DNA of 63,491 nt, the filler included, from Octopus bimaculoides (Eukaryota), in the NCBI RefSeq assembly GCF_001194135.2. It is 5 parts of 3 records of this genome, joined end to end, with 100 filler letters (N's around TTAATTAATTAA, not from the genome) between each part and the next. Parts side by side here need not be neighbours in the genome. Positions count along the whole stretch, not along the records: positions 30,921 to 49,831 come from NC_068996.1; 4 more parts are not named here. The stretch is one strand, 5' to 3'. The notes beneath the pieces were generated by a model, which saw only the letters and a program-made list of their open reading frames with translations, ran no database searches and was not told where the DNA came from. Shown here piece after piece: positions 36,269-48,677 of this stretch (position 1 is the stretch's first letter; each line of letters begins with the position of its first letter). A program made the translations under genes and the position numbers.

Positions 36269-36720
36269 GGCGCAGGAGTGGCTGTGTGGTAAGTAGGTTG
36301 CTTACCAACCACATGGTTCTGGGTTCAGTCCCACTGCGTGGCACCTTGGGCAAGTGTCTTCTACTATAGCCTCGGGCCGACCAATGCCTTGTGAGTGGAT
36401 TTGGTAGATGAAAACTGAAAGAAGCCCGTCATATATATGCATGTATATATCTNNNNNNNNNNNNNNNNNNNNNNNNNNNNNNNNNNNNNNNNNNNNNNNN
36501 TATATGTTTGTGTGTGTATGTTCCCCCAACATCGCTTGACAATCGATGCTGGCGTGTTTACGTCCCCGTAACTTAGCGGTTCGGCAAAAGAGACCGATAG
36601 AATAAGTACTAGGCTTCCAAAGAATAAGTCCTGGGGTCGATTTGCTCGACTAAAGGCGGTGCTCCAGTATGGCCGCAGTCAAATGACTGAAACAAGTAAA
36701 AGAGTAAAGAGTAAAGAGTA
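36269..36720 (+). mobile_element. SINE family A, full length, young-looking copy
   Basis: GGCGCAGGAGTGGCTGTGTGGTAAG...(GAGTAAAA)n tail with all internal blocks intact. Confidence 0.92.
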
Positions 36721-37084
36721 AATTACTTTTTAAATTACGCTGGTTCTAATTAATACACATGTGTCTTTTATGTATATCTAACTATACCTGACACAGACAC
36801 AGAAGTTAAAGAGACATTTTGCATTATTCTAGGCAGCATTAAAATAACTAAAGCAAAACAAAATAATTTTTCTAGACAATCTCAATGATTCCAATCTCTG
36901 GAATGGTACAATTTAAAAACAGAGCACGACAAAAGCTGACTCATAAGATATTCTACTCCTAAGTAAATTTGAGGATCAGAACTCAATAGTCACCAGCACA
37001 CTGTTCCAACAAGGTAATAGCTGCAAGATTTCTTGGCAGCGCCTCTAACCAAAGCAATGCCATATGATTGATCATGTGACCACA

Positions 37085-37320
37085 GGGAGCTGGCAGAAAT
37101 GTTAGCAAGCCGGGCGAAATGCTTAGCGGTATTTCGTCTGCCGTTACGTTCTGAGTTCAGATTCCGCCGAGGTCGACTTAGCCTTTCATCCTTTCGGAGT
37201 CGATAAATTAAGTACCAGTTACGCACTGGAGTCGATGTAATCGACTTACTCTCTTTGTCTGTCCTTGTTTGTCCCCTCTATGTTTAGCCCCTTGTGGGCA
37301 ATAAAGAAATAAGAAATAAG
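37085..37320 (+). mobile_element. SINE family B, full length, with CTTGTGGGCAATAAAGAAA-type tail
   Basis: GAGCTGGCAGAAATGTTAGCAAGCCGGGCGAAATGCTTAGCGG...CCCCTTGTGGGCAATAAAGAAATAAG. Confidence 0.9.
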
Positions 37321-37913
37321 ATGGACAGTCGCTTAATATATTTATATATAACATTATATAACTTGGCAAGTCAACTCAATCCGAACTAACTTCAGAAGTA
37401 GAAACGATGCCAAACAAACCAACTCTGAATTTCTCTCATATCTAGCAAGGAAAAATGCAGCATCAGCGGTACCACCTCGTGTGCTCCAAGGTCCAGCATC
37501 TCTTCAACTTCTCAGCAGTCTTTGCATTCTTGGCAGGAAACGCCCAAATCAGACAACTCATCCAAATTATCAGGCTTGCCAAAGAGACAAGAATTAATAG
37601 CCAAAGAAGGAAAGCTTGCCAACAAACAAAGGCTGTAGTGTAGAAAAAACGTGCAATGGAAAACACTTGTAAAGAAATTTAAATACAGAAGTTATTTAAC
37701 ATGCAGATAGAAACTTATGGTTCTAATAGAGCAAGTCTAACAATGGCCAACTATTCAATCTGAGTAAAGTAATCCTTCAATTATCGCGGGTGTTACGTTC
37801 CCAAACCCCCCACGATAGGTGAAAATCTACGAAGTAGAAACAGTACTGTATATATATATATATATTTTTTTTTTTATTATTATTTTTATAATTTGTATAT
37901 ATTTATTTTATTA

Positions 37914-38090
37914 GGCGGCGAGATGGCAAAAATTTTAGCATCCAGGAGAAATTCTTCGCGGTATTTCATCTGTCTTTATGTTCTGAGTTCAAATTCCACC
38001 AAGGTCGACATTGTCTTTCATGGTCGATAAATTAAGTACCAGTTGCGTACTGGGATCGATCTAATCGACTGGCCACCTCCTCCAAAATTT
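37914..38090 (+). mobile_element. SINE family B
   Basis: GGCGGCGAGATGGCAAAAATTTTAGC...GTTCTGAGTTCAAATTCC...GATCTAATCGACTGG. Confidence 0.8.
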
Positions 38091-38094
38091 TGGT

Positions 38095-38460
38095 GGAGGC
38101 GCAATGGGTCAGTGGTTAGGGCAGCGGACTCGTNNNNNNNNNNNNNNNNNNNNNNGAGTGTTTATTGAGTGAAAGCACCTAAAGCTCCACGAGGCTCCGG
38201 CAGGGGATGGTTGTGAACCCTGCTGTACTCTTCCACCACAACTTTCTCTCACTCTTACTTCCTGTTTCTGTTGTGCCTGTAATTCAAAGGGTCGGCCTTG
38301 TCACACTATGTCACGCTGAATATCCCCGAGAACTACGTTAAGGGTACACGTGTTTGTGGAGTGCTCAGCCACTTGCACGTTAATTTCACGAGCAGGCTGT
38401 TCCGTTGATCGGATCAACTGGAACCCTCGACGTCGTAAGCGACGGAGTGCCAACAACAAT
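38095..38460 (+). mobile_element. SINE family C (tRNA-Arg-like head), full length
   Basis: GGAGGCGCAATGGGTCAGTGGTTAGGGCAGCGGACTCG...GACGGAGTGCCAACAACAA. Highly similar to 53351. Confidence 0.9.
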
Positions 38461-39239
38461 TTATTTTATTATAAATGCAAAACAACACCACATACTCGCC
38501 TCGCGAGTTTCGTTTTCCATACAATATGTGCGATTCTTTGTTTACTAGTCTACGTACGGTTCACTACGTATTTTCTTTCAATATACTTTAATTAGTGTGT
38601 TATACAGTGCAGTACTGTATTTTCATTTATTAATTTATTAATTTTTAGGCGTGAAAAGGCTTATTTTACCAAAGAAATAATTAAAATCTAAAAAATATAA
38701 ATACCTATCGGTCGCAGAGACCCGCAATATGCTGAGGAGACCGCGATATAAATTTACATATATTAGTCAGAAAAATCCGCGACGTACAGAAGGAGCGATA
38801 GGTGAACCGCGACATGTCGAGTGATAACTGTAGATTCTTTTCCAGAGCAGAGACCACACATCAATTACTGAGCTCAGATAATGTTACAATTAATGTGACA
38901 TCAGCAGAGGAACTACTTATTTTCTTTACAGATATTTTCATTGACATATATGAGAGCTGGGAATAAATTCAACGTAAGTAGAGAAAATTGGTTTGTGTTG
39001 TGCTGAAGTGTTGGTCTCCTCTATAGATAATCTCTCTGAGACTGCTGAGAAGCTGAAGAGATGCTGGGCCTTGGAGCACACGAGGTGGTACCGCTGAGGT
39101 CGCTTTTCCTTGCTAGATATGAGAGAAATTCAGCGTTGGTTTGTTTGGCATCGTTTCTACTTCTGAGGTTACAAAGACAGAAAGTGAAAAACAGACCATT
39201 ACCATTATCTGGACAGAATCATTAACGTATGTCGAACAA

Positions 39240-39400
39240 AATGCTTAGCCATATTTATTCGTTTTTTTTTTTCGTTCTGAGTTCAAATCCCATTTTGGAC
39301 AATTCTGTCTTTTATCCCTCCAGGATCGGTAAAATTAAGTACCGACGTAATCGACTAGCCACCCCTCCCTCACCCACCCTTAAAATTTCTGGCTTTGAAC
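39240..39400 (+). mobile_element. SINE family B (5'-truncated)
   Basis: AAATGCTTAGC...GTTCTGAGTTCAAAT...TAAGTACC..GTAATCGACTAGCC. Confidence 0.65.
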
Positions 39401-40368
39401 CGTGCAATGAACCAAACTGGCGTTCTGTTCAGTGGGTATACTGTGGTCTCTGTCACTTCACACAACGAAAACCGAGTGACAGACAGTACGAATCCTAAGA
39501 ATCGAAGACAATAATATGTGAGTCAATCATCTTTCACAAANNNNNNNNNNNNNNNNNNNNNNNNNNNNNNNNNNNNNNNNNNNNNNNNNNNNNNNNNNNN
39601 NNNNNNNNNNNNNNNNNNNNNNNNNNNNNNNNNNNNNNNNNNNNNNNNNNNNNNNNNNNNNNNNNNNNNNNNNNNNNNNNNNNNNNNNNNNNNNNNNNNN
39701 NNNNNNNNNNNNNNNNNNNNNNNNNNNNNNNNNNNNNNNNNNNNNNNNNNNNNNNNNNNNNNNNNNNNNNNNNNNNNNNNNNNNNNNNNNNNNNNNNNNN
39801 NNNNNNNNNNNNNNNNNNNNNNNNNNNGTCCCCTGTACTGAAAACATGGTTACACGTCATGAGCTTCAACGGGATGGTTATGCTGGATGATTGCTAGCGC
39901 ATCTGATCGATTACCCAAACATTTTCTTCTTTCAGCTAACAGAAGCAAAGCGCTCAGACGCGCACACGCGCACACACACACACACGCACGCACACACACA
40001 CACACACGCACACACACACACACACACATACGCGCGCATGCACTCACGCACAAAACAAGACAAAACACGGAGGAAGTGATTTCAATGGTGTAATGGAATT
40101 AATTTGAAGCAAAAATATAATTTGTCATCTATATGCACGTGTGAGAAATGTTGATGAATAACCAACTCATCAGGAGACAGATTATCTATAGAGGAGACCA
40201 ACACTTCAGCACAACACAAACCAAACGCATTAACGATGAATGTGAGCGAACATAACAACTCAAAGCGACTAACACAGTACACTTTTTCCCATAGAGCAAG
40301 CATTCCTCGGTCTATATACATGAATATCTAATCTTCAGACACTTACACACAAGCACGCACACAGAAAG

Positions 40369-40433
<65 letters not shown>

Positions 40434-40586
40434 CATGTCTGCTCTGCGTCGGTGTGTGCGTAAGTTTGTGACGAGACCTACTGATTCTGTATTGACTCAC
40501 TTCGTCACATACTTATCCGCAGACGTCAGCTCGAGAAACTGCAAGAATGATGACGTCCATGATGTTTTCGCATACGTACATGTATA

Positions 40587-41445
40587 CAGGGTGCGTAAGA
40601 TATTCGAGGACAGATTTATGTTTATAAAGAAACAGATATATAATAAAAGATAATAACTTTATTTACCAAAAGATGCTACGAGGATAAAAATGAAACTTCT
40701 TTTCTATAATGTTATTCAGTAAAGCCACCTTCAGCTTCAACAACTGCCTCTATATGAGATCTAAATCATCTACATACTTGATTCAAGTGGTCTTGGTTCA
40801 TTTTGGACATTACTCTGACTATGGCAGCTTTCAAAGGATCTTTGGTGGTATGGCCATGTTCATTGACCTCTCTCTCTCTCGACAACGCTCCACATGTAAT
40901 AGTCTAATGGATTGACATCTAAGGAATTAGGAGGCCAAATATTAAGGGTTATGTGATCATGAAAATTTTCAACCATCCATTCCTGTGTTACTAGAGCCAG
41001 GTGTGATAGTGCAGAGTCTTACTGAAACACATATGGCCTTCCATTGCATGTAATGTCTATCCAGGGATTAACAATTTTTTCCAGGACCACAGTGTAGGCG
41101 GAACAGTTAACTCTAAGACCCTATGAAAAGGAATTAGGATGCATCACATATCCTTCATTGCTGACAACCCTACAACAATGACAGTTGCAAGGAAATTTTG
41201 TATGCGTAACACTTGGAACTTCAGAAGGATTTGTGCATAACCATCTGTCATTTCTTCTGTTAACTTTTTGATCTTGATCGAAGTTTTTCTCGTTTGAGAA
41301 AAGTTAAATTAAATCTTCTACTGAGTTTTTCAGTTTGTTTTAGAGCCTTTTAGATCTGATNNNNNNNNNNGGGGTATTAGGAGGCCAGATGTTAAGGGTT
41401 ATGTGATCATGAAAATTTTCTGTCATCCATTTCTGTGTTACTAGA
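40587..41445 (-). mobile_element. Tc1/mariner-superfamily relic, maT(DD37D)-like, 3' part
   Basis: The minus frame reads VTQEWMVENFHDHITLNIWPPNSLDVNPLDYYMW...FRSHIEAVVEAEGGFTE*. The terminus is TA|CAGGGTG at 40585-40593. Confidence 0.8.
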
Positions 41446-41589
41446 GTTGAGTCATGTGTCATATTTGCCCTTCATCTTTCCAGTGTTGAAACAAAAAGTA
41501 ACAGCTAAATACAGGGGTTGATTTTATATGTTATACTCCTCTATAAATATTTCTTACGCCATTTTTACTATGTTAGAACTCAATCAATT

Positions 41590-42038
41590 CTTTTACTTGC
41601 TTCAGACATAAGAGTACGACCGTACAGGAGCAAAGCCTTGAAAAATTTTAACCAAACGAATCGACCCCAGTACTAATTTTCAAGCCTGATAGATATTCTA
41701 TCGAGTTCTTTTGCCGAACCTCTAGCTTATAGCAACATAAAGACACCGGCTGTCAATCGGTGGCGGAGACAAACGCACACACACACACACACACACACAC
41801 ATACCATGGGCTTCTTTCAGTTTCCGTCTACAAAATTCACTAACAAGGCTTTGGTCGGCCTGAGGCACTTAGTCGAAGGCACTTAGCCAAGGTTCCATGC
41901 AGTGGGACTGAACCCAGAACCNNNNNNNNNNTGAGGCACTTAGTCGAAGGCACTTAGCCAAGGTTCCATGCAGTGGGACTGAACCCAGAACCATGTGGCT
42001 GGGAAGCAAGCTACTTACAATGCACACACGCCTGCGCC
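41590..42038 (-). mobile_element. SINE family A (contains an assembly overlap duplication)
   Basis: Reverse complement of the A head at 42038 and the tail at 41590. Confidence 0.8.
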
Positions 42039-42196
42039 TATCAACATGTATTTTTTTTTTTTTGTTCAAATATAAGAGAGTTTTATTAGGGAGGAGGAGC
42101 GAAAGAGAGAAAATAGAGGAAAGGTAGTTGATACATTTGTGAATGCTTGTGTTTGTATGCATGTGTGTGAGCATGCACGCTTCTTATTTCAAAAAA

Positions 42197-42515
42197 GCAC
42201 GTGGCTTAGTGGTCAGAGTAACTTGGCTCACGACCGTGAGGTCCTGAGTTCGATTCCCGGCGATACGTTGTGTCCTAGAGCAAGACACTTTATTTCATGC
42301 TTCTCCAGACCGCTCAGCTGGCAAAAATAAATTGTACCAGTATTTCAACGGCCCAGCTTTGTTACATCCTGTGTCATGCTGAATCTCCCTGAGAATTACG
42401 TTAAGGGTACGTGTGGCTGTAGAGTGCCCGGCCACTTGCACGTTAATTTCACGAACAAGCTGTTCCGTTGATCGGATCGACTGGAACCCACGTCATTGTA
42501 ACCGACGGAGTGTCA
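42197..42515 (+). mobile_element. SINE with a different tRNA-like head and CORE-like block but the family C 3' body
   Basis: A box TGGCTTAGTGG, B box GAGTTCGATTCCC, GTCCTAGAGCAAGACACTTTA, then GCCACTTGCACGTTAATTTCACG...CCGACGGAGTG as in family C. Confidence 0.75.
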
Positions 42516-43384
42516 GTTTTATTATTATTATTATTTCAAAGGTTGTGAAGAGATTTCTCATTTTATAAATTTATATAAACACCTACAAACTTAAGATATA
42601 GATATACACACTCGCAGCTCTACAAATGCACACAAACGCGCGCGCGCGCGTACACAAACATAGCAACATTCAAATATAAGTATATGCATATACACACGAA
42701 TATACACATACGAATATAGACATACGCATATTTACTCACAGGCTTGCACTCAGAAAAGTTTTGTTTTCTCTTGTGTATGCTGTTTTTTTGTGTGCGCACA
42801 TGTACGTGTGTATACATTTATGTGTGTGTGCATGTATGTCTGTGTGCATGTACATGTATGTATATATGTGTGTATATGCGTGTTGTGAGCATGTATATCT
42901 GTGTCTGTGCGTATAAAGTTTGTTTCTGTATGTCTTTGTACAGCCATGTGTCTGCCTGTGTCACGGGACAACACCTGTCTGTGTTCGGATTGTCCTCGCA
43001 CAGGGGCCATCCAGACTCACGTCTTCGCCGTGAACAGTATTTAATCTTCTCTCTTCGCTCCTTTGCGCCACATGAGCTCAACTCTCCTCCCCTCTTCATC
43101 TAACCCCTCCTCTCTCCTCTCTTCCTCTCACACCTACTTCTTCCCTTCATTCCCACCACCCCTCCTCTCTTTCTCTGGTACCTACTTCTTCTCTTCACTC
43201 CTACCCACCTTCTCCCTTCCACCCTCTTCCTTCATCGCCACCCCTTCATCGTTACCCCACCTCTACTCATTCCAACCCCACCATCCCTATACATACACGC
43301 TATCACATACACACGCACACGCACATTCACTTTGGGATCTCTACTACTTTATTATCTCCCCTTCTTCCTAACTCTCCTGCCTGA

Positions 43385-43600
43385 CCACCTCTGTCCGGCA
43401 TTCACCACGATTGATCGCTAGCAACTAAACCTTTTTCTATTTTCTCTCTCTGTTTATTTCTGTGTTCCTTTCAGTTGAAGAACGTAGGCTCGAAACGTAA
43501 AAGACTTCCTCACTTCCCGAGCGTTAAATTAATACATCTGTTTGTTGTTTACACATCCGTCTTCGACTTTTGTTTTGTTTATTTTTTGTAAATTCCAACT
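43385..43600 (+). mobile_element. Penelope pLTR/retrozyme-like element (family D), copy 2
   Basis: Homologous to 26655-26885. The motif CTTT-CAGTTGAAGA-ACGTAGGCTC-GAAACGTA-AAAG lies at 43468-43503. Confidence 0.6.
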
Positions 43601-43636
43601 GTGTATATATGTATATTTATGTATATATATAATTAT

Positions 43637-43683
<47 letters not shown>

Positions 43684-44323
43684 CATGCTTGCAAACATAC
43701 ATGTGTGTTTGTGTATCTACGTATTTGTCTGTCAGTAATGATAACACAGGTATTTTAAGCCATTTTTCTCTCACAATTCCTGTACTATGCCAAAAATCAC
43801 TTATCACTGCCTGGTTCAATGCGGAACTACATTCAAGATAGTAGACAGACAACAAATCTTTAAGAAGAGGANNNNNNNNNNNNNNNNNNNNNNNNNNNNN
43901 NNNNNNNNNNNNNNNNNNNNNNNNNNNNNNNNNNNNNNNNNNNNNNNNNNNNNNNNNNNNNNNNNNNNNNNNNNNNNNNNNNNNNNNNNNNNNNNNNNNN
44001 NNNNNNNNNNNNNNNNNNNNNNNNNNNNNNNNNNNNNNNNNNNNNNNNNNNNNNNNNNNNNNNNNNNNNNNNNNNNNNNNNNNNNNNNNNNNNNNNNNNN
44101 NNNNNNNNNNNNNNNNNNNNNNNNNNNNNNNNNNNNNNNNNNNNNNNNNNNNNNNNNNNNNNNNNNNNNNNNNNNNNNNNNNNNNNNNNNNNNNNNNNNN
44201 NNNNNNNNNNNNNNNNNNNNNNNNNNNNNNNNNNNNNNNNNNNNNNNNNNNNNNNNNNNNNNNNNNNNNNNNNNNNNNNNNNNNNNNNNNNNNNNNNNNN
44301 NNNNNNNNNNNNNNNNNNNNNNN

Positions 44324-44575
44324 AAAAGGTAGCAATAGTACCAATAATTGTCGGAGCCCTGCGAACAGCGAGTAAAAATCTTGAGAAGTACGTGGAACAA
44401 ATAGGAGCTCCAATAAGGGTGGAGTACTTGCAGAAAACAGCACTGCTTGGAACCGCTCGAATACTTCGGTTGGTGCTCGAAAAATAAGGGCGTTAACCTA
44501 GTTCACTCGTTGTGAACAGTTGGCACCGTAGTACATCTCCAGCGTTAGAAGCTGTGGAAAAACAAATAATAATAA
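44324..44575 (+). mobile_element. R4/Dong-like LINE 3' end with (TAA)n tail
   Basis: KVAIVPIIVGALRTASKNLEKYVEQIGAPIRVEYLQKTALLGTARILRLVLEK*, then a 3' UTR and (AAT)n. Confidence 0.8.
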
Positions 44576-44580
44576 TAATG

Positions 44581-44641
<61 letters not shown>

Positions 44642-44839
44642 ATACATACATACATACATATGTATATACACATGCACACTGACGCATACACATGCGCACA
44701 AACAAACAAGAAGAACGCATCTTCGACAACGAACAGAGTCAACGACTGGTGAAGAGGCTGGAAGAAGCAATGAGAGTGTTAATTAATAAGACATTAAAAC
44801 AGAATGACTCTCCCCAAACACATCAACAAAATAATAACA

Positions 44840-44985
44840 GCCCTTTCCACTATAGGCACAAGGCTTGAAATTTTGGAGGTGGAGACTATTCCATTACATT
44901 GATCTCGGTGTTTCACTGGTACTTAAGTTATCGACCCCACGAAAGGATGAAAGGCAAAGTCGACCTCGACGAAATTTGAACTCAC
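44840..44985 (-). mobile_element. SINE family B
   Basis: TAGGCACAAGGCTTGAAATTTT...TATCGACCCC..GGATGAAAGGCAAAGTCGACCTCG..AATTTGAACTC. Confidence 0.75.
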
Positions 44986-44994
44986 AAGTTCCAC

Positions 44995-45370
44995 AAGTTT
45001 CACTTGAAAAGGAAAGTGAAAGTAGAGAAGAAAGTTCTGCCCCGCCCCAGTAATTTGTTGAAAGCTGGTAGCATGTGGCGAGGATGGCCTGTGTGAATGG
45101 GCCTACTCTGAACTTTTATTTGTAAACCGGGGAAGTTGAGGAGAGAAACCTCTGCCGAAGTGCATCTGGCAGTCAGGATAACCAGAATGTGTGGGGTTCC
45201 ACGGGTGTCCCTATGAGGAACTCCACCCCGCTTTGGGGAATTTTATTGTTTAATTGTATTGTTATCATTGTTATTTTATTGTTTACTCCATTTTTGTGTT
45301 AAATCCCACGTGTCTCCAGTTTTGTACTGCTCCTATTTGTTTTGTGTTCGGCTCTTGTGGCCAATAAAGA
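44995..45370 (+). mobile_element. L1/Tx1-like LINE 3' end with 3' UTR
   Basis: HLKRKVKVEKKVL, then after a frameshift FVESW*HVARMACVNGPTL (Tx1-type C-terminus). It ends CTTGTGGCCAATAAAGAAAC followed by (ATT)n. Confidence 0.5.
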
Positions 45371-45374
45371 AACG

Positions 45375-45411
<37 letters not shown>

Positions 45412-45413
<2 letters not shown>

Positions 45414-45617
45414 TTATGTTTGACTTTTGTTTTGCATTTGTACAAGTTGGATCCAAGTCTCACCCAGAGACCTCAAGAGACAACAAGTTAGAAGTTCATG
45501 TAGGTGTTATGCCTAGGGTACCATATATTTGGATTTGTACAGTTTTGTTCTTGTGAATGTTTAAGAAACCATAAGAAAATTATGTGTTTGCTTTAAAATT
45601 TGAGATCACATAGACAG
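45412..45617 (-). mobile_element. Probable non-LTR element 3' UTR with (AAT)n tail
   Basis: The minus strand ends ...CAAAAGTCAAACATAAAATAATAATAAT. Family not established. Confidence 0.4.
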
Positions 45618-46029
45618 NNNNNNNNNNNNNNNNNNNNNNNNNNNNNNNNNNNNNNNNNNNNNNNNNNNNNNNNNNNNNNNNNNNNNNNNNNNNNNNNNNN
45701 NNNNNNNNNNNNNNNNNNNNNNNNNNNNNNNNNNNNNNNNNNNNNNNNNNNNNNNNNNNNNNNNNNNNNNNNNNNNNNNNNNNNNNNNNNNNNNNNNNNN
45801 NNNNNNNNNNNNNNNNNNNNNNNNNNNNNNNNNNNNNNNNNNNNNNNNNNNNNNNNNNNNNNNNNNNNNNNNNNNNNNNNNNNNNNNNNNNNNNNNNNNN
45901 NNNNNNNNNNNNNNNNNNNNNNNNNNNNNNNNNNNNNNNNNNNNNNNNNNNNNNNNNNNNNNNNNNNNNNNNNNNNNNNNNNNNNNNNNNNNNNNNNNNN
46001 NNNNNNNNNNNNNNNNNNNNNNNNNNNNN

Positions 46030-46064
<35 letters not shown>

Positions 46065-46511
46065 GGAAGAAGGAGAAAGAGAGAGAGTGAGTGACAGAAA
46101 GGGGTGAAAAGAGAGAAGAATCAGCCCCATTACTTCCCTACCACTTTATTTATCGATCCCAAATCAATGAAAGACAAAATTAAAGCTTGGCAGAATTAGA
46201 ATTCAGAATGCAGATTTTTATGCGACATTCTAACGTTCTCTGCTGTATAATAGTATTTTTTATTCTTTTTCTAACATAGACACAAGGTCAGAAATTTGAT
46301 GGGACCCTGACGGGATCTAAGCTCATGACTTTCAATACCGTAGCTAACGACATCTTTGTTTCATATTTTGTCATAAGTTCAATAACTTTTGAGAGAAGAG
46401 GGCTTGTCTTTACAACTGACACCAGTACTTGAGTCGCACTCTATTTTATCGATCGATCTTGGACGAATGAAAGCAAAGAATCGACTGTCCCTAAAATGTA
46501 TAACACGCACG

Positions 46512-46548
<37 letters not shown>

Positions 46549-46884
46549 ACACATACACTCACACACACACACACATACACATACGCTGAAATGACTTTCA
46601 GTTACATTCCGCTACCGGCAGTAGGATTTCAAATCATTATTTCAAGCTAACAAAAAAGCTTATCGTAATCAACCCCATTGAAAAATGGCCTTTTTTCACA
46701 GATGGTCTGGATCTTCTTCACATGATATCTATTTTTATAGCTAGGCGTATGGCTTAGAAGCTGTTACTACAGTTTTCTGTTTACCAATAGAAGCAACAAT
46801 AATTTAGACCAGCCAATAAGGGACTCTCTATGTAGTGAATCGTTATGCTAGACATAACAAGCTAAATTTCTCTGATATCGAAAT

Positions 46885-47032
<148 letters not shown>

Positions 47033-48677
47033 NNNNNNNNNNNNNNNNNNNNNNNNNNNNNNNNNNNNNNNNNNNNNNNNNNNNNNNNNNNNNNNNNNNN
47101 NNNNNNNNNNNNNNNNNNNNNNNNNNNNNNNNNNNNNNNNNNNNNNNNNNNNNNNNNNNNNNNNNNNNNNNNNNNNNNNNNNNNNNNNNNNNNNNNNNNN
47201 NNNNNNNNNNNNNNNNNNNNNNNNNNNNNNNNNNNNNNNNNNNNNNNNNNNNNNNNNNNNNNNNNNNNNNNNNNNNNNNNNNNNNNNNNNNNNNNNNNNN
47301 NNNNNNNNNNNNNNNNNNNNNNNNNNNNNNNNNNNNNNNNNNNNNNNNNNNNNNNNNNNNNNNNNNNNNNNNNNNNNNNNNNNNNNNNNNNNNNNNNNNN
47401 NNNNNNNNNNNNNNNNNNNNNNNNNNNNNNNNNNNNNNNNNNNNNNNNNNNNNNNNNNNNNNNNNNNNNNNNNNNNNNNNNNNNNNNNNNNNNNNNNNNN
47501 NNNNNNNNNNNNNNNNNNNNNNNNNNNNNNNNNNNNNNNNNNNNNNNNNNNNNNNNNNNNNNNNNNNNNNNNNNNNNNNNNNNNNNNNNNNNNNNNNNNN
47601 NNNNNNNNNNNNNNNNNNNNNNNNNNNNNNNNNNNNNNNNNNNNNNNNNNNNNNNNNNNNNNNNNNNNNNNNNNNNNNNNNNNNNNNNNNNNNNNNNNNN
47701 NNNNNNNNNNNNNNNNNNNNNNNNNNNNNNNNNNNNNCATCATCATCATCACCACCACCACCACCACCACCACCACCACCACCATCACCAATACGATCAT
47801 TATAACAGCAATAACAATTTAGCTGCTAACTTTTGCTAAACATTTTAATACTTTATGTCCAATGTTTCGTCCGGTATCTTAACATGAGAGCAAAGTCGTG
47901 TATAGTTTTTTTGTTTTTGTTTTTTGAATCAGAATAGACATTTTTTGCTTCTTTTGCGAAATCGTTTTTCTTTCTTTCTTTCTTTCTTTCTTTTTAATTA
48001 GAAAACTGACATATTTATTGGAATTTAACTTAGATTTGCATCAAGTCACGAGTGAATCTTTTAGTTTTGAATTTAAAGAACATGTGTATCTCATCTTGGT
48101 GTGAAAGAAATTATACTTTATTCGCATTATTGAACATATTCCGGAACGAATACGTTTGCTTTTCTATTGGAATTCCAGGAGAATTACGCTTCGTCTGATC
48201 AATCTATTGTTCGCGAAGAGATTGGCAATCCCAGCTCAGAACTTACAAACCAGGCCAGATAAGGCTGACATTTTTGATTTCGGAAAAAGGTTGTTGCTGA
48301 CGTTGTTGTTTAATTCCAAGACAGTAATATTAGTAATAGTGGTGATGGTGGTGGTGGTGGCGGCAGCAGCAGCTGTGTAGAAGTGTTGTTGTTGCCGGTG
48401 GTGGTGGGGTCATTTCTCACAAGGACAGACAGAAGTCCACAAGAGTTTAATCTTTAGACGGTCAGGACTGTTGTTATTCATCGTATCGTCGTTACAAAAT
48501 ATTTTTGAAAAACAAAAACGGAAGTTAGACAAGAAAGTATGTAATGGTTTGGAACCAATAACCTTATGATTGCAAAGCGAACTCCTTAACCACAAAGCTA
48601 AGAGAGAGACTAATTAGCGTTCATCAAGCCAGCTATAACGATTTCAGTCTGTTGAATAATATAGACCACCCCCAGGT

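Larger units (their letters stand above)
37767..38830 (+). mobile_element. pogo/Tigger-like MITE interrupted by two SINEs
   Basis: The left end is TA|AAGTAATCCTTCAATTATCGCGGGTGTTACGTTCC and the right end is GAACCGCGACATGTCGAGTGATAACTG|TA. These are decayed Tigger-type CAGT..CCCTCG...TCGCGG TIRs with TA flanks. Confidence 0.6.

Noticed and set aside
37463-37666. Hydrophobic 67-aa ORF resembling a membrane-protein exon
   Set aside because: It lies in the locally duplicated X segment, has no recognisable family motif, and no supporting splice structure was identified.
41861-41992. 61-bp exact direct repeat
   Set aside because: Identical copies on both sides of a 10-N gap indicate an unmerged contig overlap.
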